A stretch of DNA of 20,000 nucleotides. It comes from Malacoraja senta. Its lineage: Eukaryota. Below the pieces are notes generated by a model. That model had not been told where the DNA came from. It saw only the letters and a program-made list of their open reading frames with translations, and did not search any database. Below, one piece after another: positions 10,176-20,000 of the stretch. The position numbers were made by a program, and so were the translations under genes. The DNA is taken from positions 107,078 through 127,077 of the forward strand of contig JAXLNO010000700.1 of NCBI GenBank assembly GCA_038087875.1, in the 5' to 3' direction. The stretch's first letter is position 1. Every line of letters starts with the position of its first letter.

Positions 10176-12173
10176 GGGTTATCAAACCCGCCGACAGGGG
10201 AGGTGCCGTGGTAGTCTGGCGCGTCGATCTCTACAAAGCTGAGGCCACGCGCCAACTCTCGGACACCTCCTCCTACTTACCCCTGGACCATGACCCCACT
10301 GATGAGCACCAGGCCACCATCTCCAGCACCATCCCCGACTTCATCCACTCCCACGCCCTGCCTCCAATCTCATCGTTCCCCAGCCCCGCACGGCCCGATT
10401 TTACCTTCTCCCCAAAATCCACAAACCTGACTGTCCCGGTAGACCCATTGTCTCTGCCTGTTCGTGCCCCACTGAACTCATCTCCGCCTACCTCGACTCC
10501 ATCCTATCCCCCTTGGTTAAATCCCTCCCTACCTATGTTCAAGACACCTCAGACACTCTCCGTCGTCTGCGCGCATTCCACTCTCTAGGCCCTCACCCCC
10601 TCATCTTCACCATGGACGTCCAGTCATTGTACACCTCCATCCCCCACCAGGATGGTCTCGAAGCCCTCCGGTTTTTCCTCGACCGAAGAAGCAACCTATA
10701 TCCGGCCACTGACACCCTCCTCCGCCTAGCGGAGCTGGTCCTTACCCTCAATAACTTCTCATTTGACTCCTCCCATTTCCTCCAAATACAAGGCGTAGCT
10801 ATGGGCACACGCATGGGCCCCAGCTACGCCTGCCTCTTTGTCGGGTACGTAGAACAATCCTTCTTCAATGCGTACCAGGGCCCCATCCCCGACCTCTACC
10901 TCCGCTACATCGATGACTGTTTTGGTGCCACATCCTGCACCCACACACAACTGACTGACTTCATCCGCTTCACCACCAACTTCCATCCGGCACTCAAATA
11001 CACCTGGACCATTTCCGACACTTCCCTACCATTCCTTGACCTCACTATCTCCATCGCAGGTGATAGACTTCTTATCGACATCCACTACAAACCTACCGAC
11101 TCCCATGGCTATCTAGACTACACTTCTTCCCACCCTGCTTCCTGTAAGGACTCCATCCCCCACTCTCAATTCCTCCGTCTACGCCGCATCTGCTCCCAGG
11201 ATGAGGCGTTCCACACCAGCGCATCCGAAATGTCCTCATTCTTCAGGGAACGGGGGTTCTCCTCCTCCACCATAGATGAGGCTCACACCAGGGTCTCTGC
11301 CATACCCCGCAACACTGCTCTCTCTCCCCATCCCCCCACTCACAACAAGGGCAGAGTCCCCCTAGTCCTCACCTTTCACCCCACCAGCCGTCACATACAA
11401 GTGATCCTCCGTCAGTTTCGCCACCTCCAACGTGATCCCACCACTCGCCACATCTTCCCATCTCCCCCCATGTCTGCCTTCCGCAAAGACCGCTCCCTCC
11501 GTAACTCCCTTGTCAATTCTTCCATTCCCTCCCGTACCACCCCCTCCCCGGGTACTTTCCCTTGCAACCGCAAGAGATGCAACACTTGTCCCTTCACCTC
11601 CCCCCTCGATTCCATTCAAGGACCCAAGCAGTCGTTCCAGGTGCGACAGAGGTTCACCTGCATCTCCTCCAACCTCATCTATTGCATCCGCTGCTCTAGA
11701 TTTCAGCTGATCTACATCGGTGAGACCAAGCGGAGGCTTGGCGATCGTTTCGCCGAACACCTCCGGTCGGTCCGCAATAACCTACCTGACCTCCCGGTGG
11801 CTCAGCACTTCAACTCCCCCTCCCATTCCGTATCTGACCTCTCTGTCCTGGGTCTCCTCCATGGCCACACCGAGCAACACCGGAAATTGGAGGAAATGCA
11901 CCTCAGTCTACATCCTGGGGGCATGTCTACATCCTGGGGGCATGAACATTGAATTCTCCCAACTCTGCTAGCCCTTGCTGTCCCCTCCCCTTCATCAGCC
12001 CTCTGGATGTCTCCTCCCATCCCCCAGCCCTCGGGCTCCTCCTCCGCCTTTTTTCCTTTCTTCTCCCCACCCCCTATCAGTCTGAAGAAGGGTTTCGGCC
12101 CAAAACGTTGCCTATTTCCTTCGCTCCATAGATGCTGCTGCACCCGCTGAATTTCTCCAGCATTTTTGTGTAC
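10176..12173 (+). mobile_element. 5'-truncated Penelope-like retroelement (Neptune-type architecture)
   Basis: Perfect 14-bp TSD CATGCGTTTAGATT at 10162-10175 and 12174-12187; RT + GIY-YIG coding region; 3' tail with hammerhead-like motif at 12080-12110. Confidence 0.95.
10178..11971 (+). pseudogene. Disrupted Penelope-like reverse transcriptase / GIY-YIG endonuclease ORF
   Basis: VIKPADRGGAVVVW, then a frameshift near 10360, then FYLLPKIHK, RPIVS, TMDVQSLYT, QGVAMGTRMGPSYA, YLRYIDD, CNRKRCNTC linker, LIY...YIGETKRRLGDRFAEH; second frameshift near 11906-11943. Confidence 0.93.
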
Positions 12174-12369
12174 CATGCGTTTAGATTAATGGCCAAATTC
12201 TTCCAGTGCTCCATTCAGCATTTCCGTAAATTCAGGTCTCTGTAACTCTACAGGTGAAAGGCAAGGAATGGCTCATTATCTTGTTCAGTCAAAGAAAAGG
12301 TCCACTTACAATGGCTGGAAGTTATAGACAATACCTTTTCTTCAGGTTCCTGGAACTACCTTGTTATTT

Positions 12370-12555
12370 CAAAGGTCAAAGGTCTTTTATTGTCTCATGT
12401 ACCAATTAAGGTAGTGATATGCAAATTACCATACAGCCATACGAAAAAAAAGCAACAAGACACACATCCACATAAAAGTTAACATAAACATCCACCACAG
12501 CAGATTCCCCACATTCCTCACTGTGATGGAAGGCAAAAAGTCCAATCCTCTTCCC
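12370..12555 (-). mobile_element. Non-LTR element 3' tail fragment, unclassified
   Basis: (AAAGGTC)2 then TTTTATTGTC..ATGTACC, a minus-strand AATAAA-plus-short-repeat tail similar to 6501-6578. Confidence 0.45.
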
Positions 12556-12589
12556 TGTTCAACTGTAGCCAATCCAAACTATCACCGAG

Positions 12590-12912
12590 CATAAATACAA
12601 ATTGCTGGAGTAGCTCAGTGGGTCAGGCAGCATCTCTGGAGAAAAAGAATAGGTGATGTTTTGGGTCAAGACCCTTCTTAAGACAGAGTCAGGGGAGAAG
12701 AAAAATAGAGGTATGAAAAGGTCCAGAACAAATTAGAGTTGGCACTGATGACCAAGGAAAGGTGGAGCCCTCAATGGTCCATTGTTGCCTGTGGAAGAAG
12801 TGATAACGAAGGGATATAAACAGTGAAACTAGCAGGACGACCAAGGTGGGGGAGGGGTGGAGAAAGAGGGAATGCAAGGCTAATTGAAATGAGAGAAATC
12901 AATATTCACACT
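12590..12912 (-). mobile_element. Penelope-like 3' fragment
   Basis: Reverse complement homologous to 8975-9317 (AATCAATATTCA, GGGTCAAGACCCTTCTTAAGAC, GGGTCAGGCAGCATCTCTGGAGA). Confidence 0.85.
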
Positions 12913-13619
12913 GAGCAATCAGTGATAAACAATCTACAACTAACACCATACTTGCTCTGTTTGTGATCTATTGCAAGATTGTGAAGTAATACATATGAAC
13001 AATGGTGTTGAATATTTGCTGCTGCTGCACCATCTAGCGTGAATATTTAGTAGGTTCATTTTACTGAAATATGTTTTATGTGCATAATTAAATGCACAAC
13101 ACTAGATGACTGTGGATGCAAAGTTTTCATTTGCTTTCTGTGGATTCACCTATTGCTCAACATCCAAAGGTCAGTTTGCAATTAAATAAATTAGGAATGT
13201 GTAGCCGACAGAAATGCAAGATATTTGCCTGTTGCAGTAATAATGGTAGATTATAAATCCTGTGCACATAATGCAAGAAAGGCCCACCACCTAATATAGG
13301 AAACAAGGAGTGATAAATGTAGGAAATACTCAGAGCAAAAATGGACAGAGAAACAGAATTTATGCGGCAGATTGATGATATTTCTTCAGACTTGAGAAAA
13401 TTTGAAAAATAAAACTTAAAATGTATTCTTCATAACCATCTAATATTTTCAGCATGTTCTCTATTTATTCTCTTTCAAGCATGTGCATTGTTTTCTTTAC
13501 TTTGTAAACAACCTGTACTTACAGACAAGGACATTCTATAAAACATGCTCAAATCCTAAAATGTTATTTTACTGTCCTGGGAAAATTGCAATATACTTTC
13601 CTAATCTCGTCATTCTTGT

Positions 13620-13895
13620 ACAACATAGGAGACCATTTAACCCATCAAGTCTATGTCAGCTCTCAGAATGCTCTCACCAGTATCATTCCTCCATTAATTA
13701 AATTCTCTCATCAACTCCTCTGGATTATCCAACCCATATGCACTGGGGGCAGTTTACAATAACCAGTTAACAATGCATCTTTGGGATGGAGGAGGTGACC
13801 AAAGCACATGAGGGAAATCTATGAGATGACAGGGAGAACTTCCAAACTCTACAGATAGCACCCAGGACCAGGATCACTGGAACTGTGCTGTTGCA
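13620..13895 (-). mobile_element. Old degenerate V-SINE/HE1-like SINE
   Basis: Colinear weak similarity to 14502-14786 (GCATCTTTGGGATGGAGGAGG...AGCAC, ACAGGGAGAAC..CCAAACTC). Confidence 0.6.
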
Positions 13896-14039
13896 TGTCT
13901 ATACCATTTCTTTAATCTTCTCAATTGGAATTACTCAGTGGATCAGGCAACATCTGTTGAGAGAGAAACAGGGATAAAGTCGACTTTGATGAACTTTAAA
14001 AAGGTTAGATTTTTTTTTAAAGTACAGAAACAATTAAAA

Positions 14040-15002
14040 TCCTGCCATCCAAGTCAATTTTGTGATCATCATCACAGTGTTTAGATTAATTGACAACAAA
14101 TGGAACCCCATCATGGTTCCTGGAGGTAAGAAAATTGGAAGTTCTGGAAATGGAATGAACATAGCAAGCATCTGGGGAATCACTATGGAAGTGGATTATT
14201 TGCTGAGGAAATGGCCATACAAATTGGAAGTAGTGGTATGAAAGTGACAGTATAAGAACAAGTGTAATGCAGACAGGAAGATTAAGAGAATGGAATAGAG
14301 TCCAAAGTGAAAAGTGTATTCAAAATTATTGTCGAAGTGAGTGGACTTCCAGAAGGTATTTATTTATATCCCCCAATCAGAGATGGAAACGTCAAAGGAA
14401 GGAAGGGAAAAGTCAGGAGGTGATAATTTGAAAGTAAAGGATGGTGGAAATTGAAACACCTGGTTACTAAGTTTCAGCAATAAACAAGATCGGGAAGCAG
14501 TAGTTTAGAAATATATTGTGAAAACAGGCCATTCGGCCCTCCAAGTCCATACCAACCATCAATAAGCCATACAGTAGTTCCGTCCTACATGTTAGGGACA
14601 ATTTACAAAAGCCAATTAACCTACAAACCTGCACATCTTTGGAATGTGGGAGGAAACCGGAGCACAGAGAAAACCCACATGGTCACAAGCAGAATGTATA
14701 ACCTCAATACAACAGCCTGTAGTCAGGATCGAACCTGGGTCACAGGTGCCATAAGGCAGCAACTCCACAGCTGTGCTGCACTGCCGTACTTGTACCAGAA
14801 AAAGAGGTGAAAGAAAAGATAACATAGGACTGGAACAAAAGAAACTACATTTCCTGGAAAAATGGATTTCAGTCAAGGCTGTTCAATGTAAGAAAGTCTT
14901 CCCAGAGGGAAGATGGAAGGTGGTGGTGTTGGAAGAGGTCTACTTAGGCCCCTGTTCAAGGAAGAAATGCAGCCCCTGGTTGCCCTGATGAGAGATGTGA
15001 TG
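14040..15002 (-). mobile_element. Ancient degenerate Penelope-like RT fragment, interrupted by a SINE
   Basis: Minus-strand pieces HISHQGNQGLHFFLEQ, FLTLNSL, NFH, DSIPFS, NHDGVPFV are colinear with SIPHQDGLEALRFFLDR, VLTLNNF, NFHP, DSIPHS, HNKGRVPLV of the 10513 ORF. Confidence 0.65.
14502..14786 (-). mobile_element. tRNA-derived V-SINE (HE1-like)
   Basis: Minus-strand tRNA-like head with B box GGTTCGATCC (~14727-14736); V-domain-like GGAATGTGGGAGGAAACCGGAGCAC..GAAAACCCAC; CR1-type tail ACAGGCCATTCGGCCC shared with LINE ends in this window. Confidence 0.85.
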
Positions 15003-15489
15003 TAAACAAAATGTAGCAAGTAAGTTCATTAACTTTTCAATTTAAGAAGGAAATTAAATATACAACTCTTCAACTTGCATTACAATTTCAAATAATTTAG
15101 CTAAGATGACAGGCTACCATAATAAATAAAGCTATTTATATTCATTGTTTTGTTCGGTGGTTTGCAAACTGTAAATTATATTTTCATTTTACAGCAATGA
15201 AAACATAATGCATTGTATGTTCTGAGAGTAATAATGGTGAGGTTAACAGCATTTATTATTCTAAATTGGATAAAAAGGTTGTCCAGTCAGAGAGGGTGAG
15301 GCAGTCAATCCCAGAAGCCTAGATGACCTGAATACAAGGCTGCAAGAAACTCAGTAATTAATCAAAACGGCCAAGTTCAATGAATGCATCTATATCCTAT
15401 AGATTCTATATCCTAATAATAGCTCCAGAAGTTGAGTATCATTTAATTGCCAATTTCTACTGATTCACTATAGTTGCTTTTAAGTTATA

Positions 15490-15790
15490 TCACAGCTTGA
15501 TTTGGGAACAGCTCTGCCCAAGATCGCAAGAAATTGTAGAGAGCTGTGTCTATCACACAGACCAGACTCCCCACCATTGACTCCATCTACATTTCACGTT
15601 GTGTCAGGAAATCAGCCAATATTAACAAGGACATTTTCTGCACCTTGGTAATTTTTCTCTTTGCTCTACCTGTTGTACTTGTTTGGCTTGATTGTATTCA
15701 TATATAGCATTATTTAATTTGATTAGATAGCACACAAACAAAATATTTTCACTGTATATTGGGTCACGTGACAATAATAAACCTAACCTA
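15490..15790 (+). mobile_element. Rex1/Babar-like LINE 3' fragment
   Basis: Peptide remnant TA*FGNSSAQDRKKL*RA...LPTIDSIYISRCVRKSANINKD; tail GTGACAATAATAAACCTAACCTA. Confidence 0.75.
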
Positions 15791-16232
15791 TTCACTACAC
15801 CCTCATTACACACCAACCAAAAATCCCAGTCAATCAGGTCATTTATGCTGCACTGAGCTGACTTGTGGAAATAGTACAACTTTCAAATCTATTTCCCAGT
15901 GCTTGTATTGATTGTAAAACCGCATAGCCATATGAGCCAATTCCCCCAAACAATCTGCACAACATACAGACATGCACAACATACAGGATATTCTGTACGC
16001 TCTCTCTAGCAAGATAAAGGTGGTACCCAATTTGAAGTGGCAGAGGAGAACTGGAGGTGGACTGGTGCACTTGCGTGTCATAATCGACATGGAAAATATT
16101 ATATTGTTCATTATTAGGATGGTGGTTGTTGAGGTTATGGACCAAAACTATTCAAAATATTGGATATCCTCATAGCCAATCTTCCATCTCGCATCTTAAA
16201 CCTAAATTACCAACGATAACATGGAATGACAC

Positions 16233-16766
16233 AATGTAGAAACAAAGAACTGCAAAATCTGTTTAATACACAATATGCTGGAGTAAGTCACCATGTTAGG
16301 TAGCACCTCTGGAGGACATGGATAGGTGATGTTTCAGACTTAAGAATGGTCCCAACCTAAAATGTCACCTATCCATGTTCTCCAGAGATGTTGCCTGACC
16401 TGCTGAGTTAAGGCCCTGTCCCACTTTCCCGAGTTACTCACGAACTCTTCCGAGTTTTCTCCTTGATTCGAACACGGGGAATGTCGGGCTCGTAGATGTT
16501 TTGTAGTGGCTCGTAATGCCAGCCGTAGGAACTCGGGGCATCAGGTAAGTCAGGACGTTTTTTCAACATGTTGAAAAATGTCCATGAGTTAAAGAAACAG
16601 CCCTGAGTATCTACGAATGGCTATTACCGTAATTCTCCGAGTTCGAATCAAGGGGAAAACTCGGGAGAGTTCGTGAGTAACTCGGGAAAGTGGGACAGGG
16701 CCTTTACTCCACACTTTGTGTCCTTTTGTGTATTAACCAGCATCTGTAGTTCTTTGTTTCTACATT
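16233..16766. mobile_element. Palindromic pair of Penelope-like tails, right arm interrupted by a MITE
   Basis: Ends AATGTAGAAACAAAGAACT / AGTTCTTTGTTTCTACATT; inner GGACATGGATAGGTGATGTTT / AAATGTCACCTATCCATGTTC; axis near 16340. Confidence 0.85.
16411..16703. mobile_element. PIF/Harbinger-like MITE, 293 bp
   Basis: ~70-bp TIRs starting AGGCCCTGTCCCACTTTCCCGAGTTACTCACGAACTC; TTA TSD at 16408-16410 and 16704-16706, confirmed by uninterrupted GCTGAGTTACTCCA copies elsewhere in the window. Confidence 0.9.
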
Positions 16767-17110
16767 CAATGTTTTCATTGGTAATTGTGGTAAAGGTATT
16801 GACGTAGACAACATTATGTTACTAAATCCATCGTTGTTCTTTACAAATAGCTGTCTCGCCAAAGAACATGCACATGATAATAGTAATAACCATTTATTCA
16901 AACCCGCCCACTTCAACAATTATGTAACATGTATATACCATCAACTGGAAAAACACTTTAGTCTTTCATCATCAATTGGAATATTGCCATGGATTTATGG
17001 GACACAACACAGATTTTTCCCACAGTATAGACTGCTTGCCTTTGCTCTATATTGGAGTTGCCCAATGCGGGGCGTACTTTTTCTGGATGACCTGGAGCGC
17101 TAATTATGAT

Positions 17111-17352
17111 TTAGAAACAAGGAACTGCAGATGCCGGTTTACAAAAAAAGACACAAAGTGCTGGAGTAACTCAGCAGGTCAGGCAGCATTCCTGGGAAAC
17201 ATGGATAAGCGATGTTTTGGGTCGGCACCTTTCTTCAGACTTATCTGCCAGGAGTCTAAGAATGGTCCCCAATCCAAAACGTCGCCTCCCCATGTTGCAC
17301 AGGGATGCTGCCTGACCCGCTGAATTACTCCAGCACTTTGTGTCTTTTTTAG
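17111..17352. mobile_element. Palindromic pair of Penelope-like tails
   Basis: AAAAAAGACACAAAGTGCTGGAGTAA...CTTCAGAC / GTCTAAG...TTACTCCAGCACTTTGTGTCTTTTT; short spacer at ~17241-17253. Confidence 0.85.
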
Positions 17353-17935
17353 TTTATATTGCACTGTTTGCTTTTCTTGACTAGTCTCAGTCACCTTACA
17401 TCTTTCTCTGTCTTCGTCTCAATTTATCTGAGTTTACCTCTCCAAGTAACCTGAAGTTTGGCCTTTTCACCAGATTAATTTAGCAAATAAAAAGTAAAAC
17501 ACCCAGATCGTTATCATAAACATTGACTTTTCTGAATGCCACCATGTCGTTTTACCAACATTCAAAAAAGGTTAAAATACTCAGTTAACCAAGGCATGTA
17601 TTGAGATCACATTTCCAATAATTGTATTTCTATGTAATTTACTGATCAAAAATTGCATTACATACATATAATTTCCCAATTAGTCACATATGCCACCGTG
17701 GAAAAGGCAGTGATGTGGTGGTTTACATTGAAAACAGACAATTTTATGGGTTTCGCAGGAATGACCCCCTAGTTGCATTTAGATATTTTTAGTCTCCCTA
17801 CTTTTGATATTTCCTCCCAAAGAGTCTGTAATACCCTGTTACTTCAGATAACCTGTCCCCATAACACCTGGGGGGCTGTAACCAGGTGGTGGGTGCAATA
17901 GGAATCAGCGGCAAATGAATTCCACCATTCTGTAT

Positions 17936-18510
17936 CAGTCATACAGCACAGAAACAGGCCTATCGGCCCAACTCGTCCATGTCAACCAAGATGGCCCATC
18001 TAACAGAGTAATACAGCACAGAAACAGGCCCTTCGGCCCTGCTCGTCTATGCCAACCAAGATGTCCCATCTACACTAGTCTCATCTGCTCCCATTTGGCA
18101 CATGTCCCTCCAAACCTTTTCTATCCATGTACCTGTCATAGTCTGAGGAAGGGTCTCAACCCAAAACATCACCCATTCCTTCTCTTCAGAGATACTGCCT
18201 GTCCCACTGAGTTACTCCAGCTTTTTGTGTCTATCTTCGGTTTAAACCAGCATCTGCAGTTCCTTCTTACACAAAATGTCGTTTAAATATTGTTATAGTA
18301 CCTGCCTTAACTACTTCCATTGGCAACTAGTTCCATATATCCACCATCCTCTGTGTGGAAAACGTTACCTCTCGGGTTCCTATTAAATCGTTCCACTCTC
18401 ACCGTAAGCCTATGTCCTTTGGTTCTTGATTCCTCTACTCTGGGTAAGACTCTGTGTATTCACTTATCTATCCCCCTCATGATTTTATACACCTCTATAA
18501 GATCACCCCT
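17936..18510 (-). mobile_element. CR1/HER1-like LINE 3' fragment with duplicated tail and nested Penelope tail
   Basis: Minus strand RGDLIEVYKIMRGIDK, RTKGHRL, FHTEDGGYM; tail unit ATACAGCACAGAAACAGGCC..TCGGCCC present twice (~17941, ~18011). Confidence 0.85.
18140..18271 (+). mobile_element. Short Penelope-like tail inserted in the CR1 copy
   Basis: AGTCTGAGGAAGGGTCTCAACCCAAAAC...CATCTGCAGTTCCTTCTTACAC splits ATGTACCTGTC / AAATGT, which is contiguous at ~2503-2520. Confidence 0.85.
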
Positions 18511-19200
18511 CGGCCCCTTCTCCGCAGGGACGAACAAAACTGACAACGAAGAAAGAACGAAACTATAACATTATACCCACGTTGTGTTTAACTTCCGTCT
18601 TCCTGATTTGACAAGGTGACCGGCCTGAAAACAATTTTCAGCAGCAATGGGGGATCACGGTTTCTGAAGATTGGAGAGCAGGTCACAGAAGTCGCAACTT
18701 CACCACAACACTAGTGATCGATCCGTCGGACCACAGTAGACGCAAACTACAAAGAGATCTGGCAGCAGAGAGCCTCCAATAGTTTGTTTTACAAATGAGG
18801 CTCCACCTCACAGAAACATTCATAACTGGTTGGTACAGGCTTTAAAAATGTTGCTGCTCAACCCTACCTTCGAGCCTAGTAACACGTTCGCAGCTGCTAA
18901 TCGTGGAAGCAAACTCAACTGAATGCAATTAACAGTTAAGTGAAAAATGTCACCGTTGTTTAACGAACCGCCGGGGTAATGCACCAAAAAAGTGGTTTGC
19001 CAACCGCCAAAAAACACCACATAGAAGAAGAAGAAGAAGTACGAACCGCCGGTCCTTTCGGTTTTCTACGACTTTTGTTCGCATCCGCTTCAACCTCACG
19101 TCTCACATTGCCTCGTTTTTGGAGTCGCTACACCATCTCTTAGCGCGTTCACATTTGGTCACCAAGCTCAGGTAAAGAAATATGCGTTCGGTAAGAATTC
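18510..19200. promoter_or_regulatory. CpG-enriched, possibly bidirectional promoter region
   Basis: Many CpGs in non-repeat DNA; donor-like sites pointing outward (minus AAG|GTAGGG at 18868/18867; plus CAG|GTAAAG at 19171/19172 and TCG|GTAAGA at 19190/19191); (GAA)5 at ~19024. Confidence 0.4.
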
Positions 19201-20000
19201 AGGTTCAATTCTGGCAAGAAAAAAAAGTGTCTTCTGGAACTAGGAGGGGCAGTGTCACTCCCAAATATTAAGGAGGTACTCATCAAACACTCATGTTCTC
19301 CGGACAGCTCAGTCACTAATTAAAGAACTGTGGAATACCTGCCAAATGCAACTCGCGAAAACATGTCAAAGGGAGTGTTTTTAAGCTTATCGAGTTAAGT
19401 TTGCAAATCGCCCTGATATTTTTGATTACAGTATTTCCAAAGTAAAACCTAATACAGGTATATTCGAAGGGCAGGAAACTTAACTAATAACGATAACCGC
19501 ACCAAAATTCGGAAGAAAGCTGCGTTTTCTATTAGTCTTGGAATATGAAAAGTTCATCGTGACAGGTTACGTGCGGGTGGTCACACCAACTCTATTGGGG
19601 ATTAACTTGCCTCTAAAGCCTCTGTAATGAAGAAGATTGATTTATTTTGCAGTTGAGTGCTTGTGATGAAACAACGCTTTTCATTCATTGCCTTCCAGGA
19701 TGTTGTGAAGGGCTTTACAATAAATACTACTGAAATGCAATAATTGCTACAATCTCGGGAGTTTAACGGTCAATTTACCCACAGTGAGCACCTACTAACA
19801 ATACTTGACCTGTGAAACACATTTTGACCAGACCACTTCGGACAAGAGTTAAGACAACAGCAATGCATTTCTGCTTTTATTTGCTAGATGACGTCACTCG
19901 CTAAAAGGGTCTAGTCTAGAAACTTGAGGACAAAACTCTAGGCCACAGTTTCAGTGCAGGAATTGAGAAATGCCTTATTTCAAAAGAAATCCACTATTTA

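Noticed and set aside
10163..10588. 141-aa ORF as a separate gene with its own ATG
   Set aside because: The ATG lies in the TSD; the ORF is the truncated RT N-terminal part running out of frame after ~10360.
10593..12176. Antisense and alternative-frame ORFs over the Penelope element
   Set aside because: Shadow ORFs of a C-rich coding strand with no recognisable motifs.
14720..14786. tRNA gene
   Set aside because: The B box belongs to a SINE head; no complete cloverleaf.
16140..16190. In-frame TGA codons (MEDWL*GYPIF*) as selenocysteine or recoding
   Set aside because: No selenoprotein similarity or SECIS recognised; chance or decay is simpler.
1..20000. CRISPR array, retron or other prokaryotic RT system
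   Set aside because: Repeats are dispersed, diverged eukaryotic transposons without regular spacers, and the RT is fused to GIY-YIG as in Penelope-like elements.

Overview
Repeat-dominated vertebrate genomic DNA. The repeat repertoire (V-SINE/HE1-like SINEs, CR1/HER1-like LINE ends, Rex1/Babar fragments, many Penelope-like tails) suggests a cartilaginous fish, probably a skate or ray (inference). The only recognisable protein-coding region is a 5'-truncated, frameshifted Penelope-like retroelement (RT + Cys linker + GIY-YIG, 10176-12173) with a perfect 14-bp target-site duplication (TSD). Other main elements: two ~97%-identical 1041-bp non-autonomous DNA transposons, each with an atypical 7-bp TSD; two related Harbinger-like MITEs inserted in near-identical GAG-TYA-CTCC targets; and about ten short Penelope 3'-end copies carrying a minimal hammerhead-ribozyme-like motif, three as head-to-head palindromes joined at that motif. 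CpG-rich promoter-like regions lie at both ends, the left with an RFX X-box. One unexplained stop-free candidate exon is on the minus strand. No host gene could be named. I found no convincing wholly new system; the strongest leads are in mobile-element biology. Degenerate-repeat boundaries are approximate.
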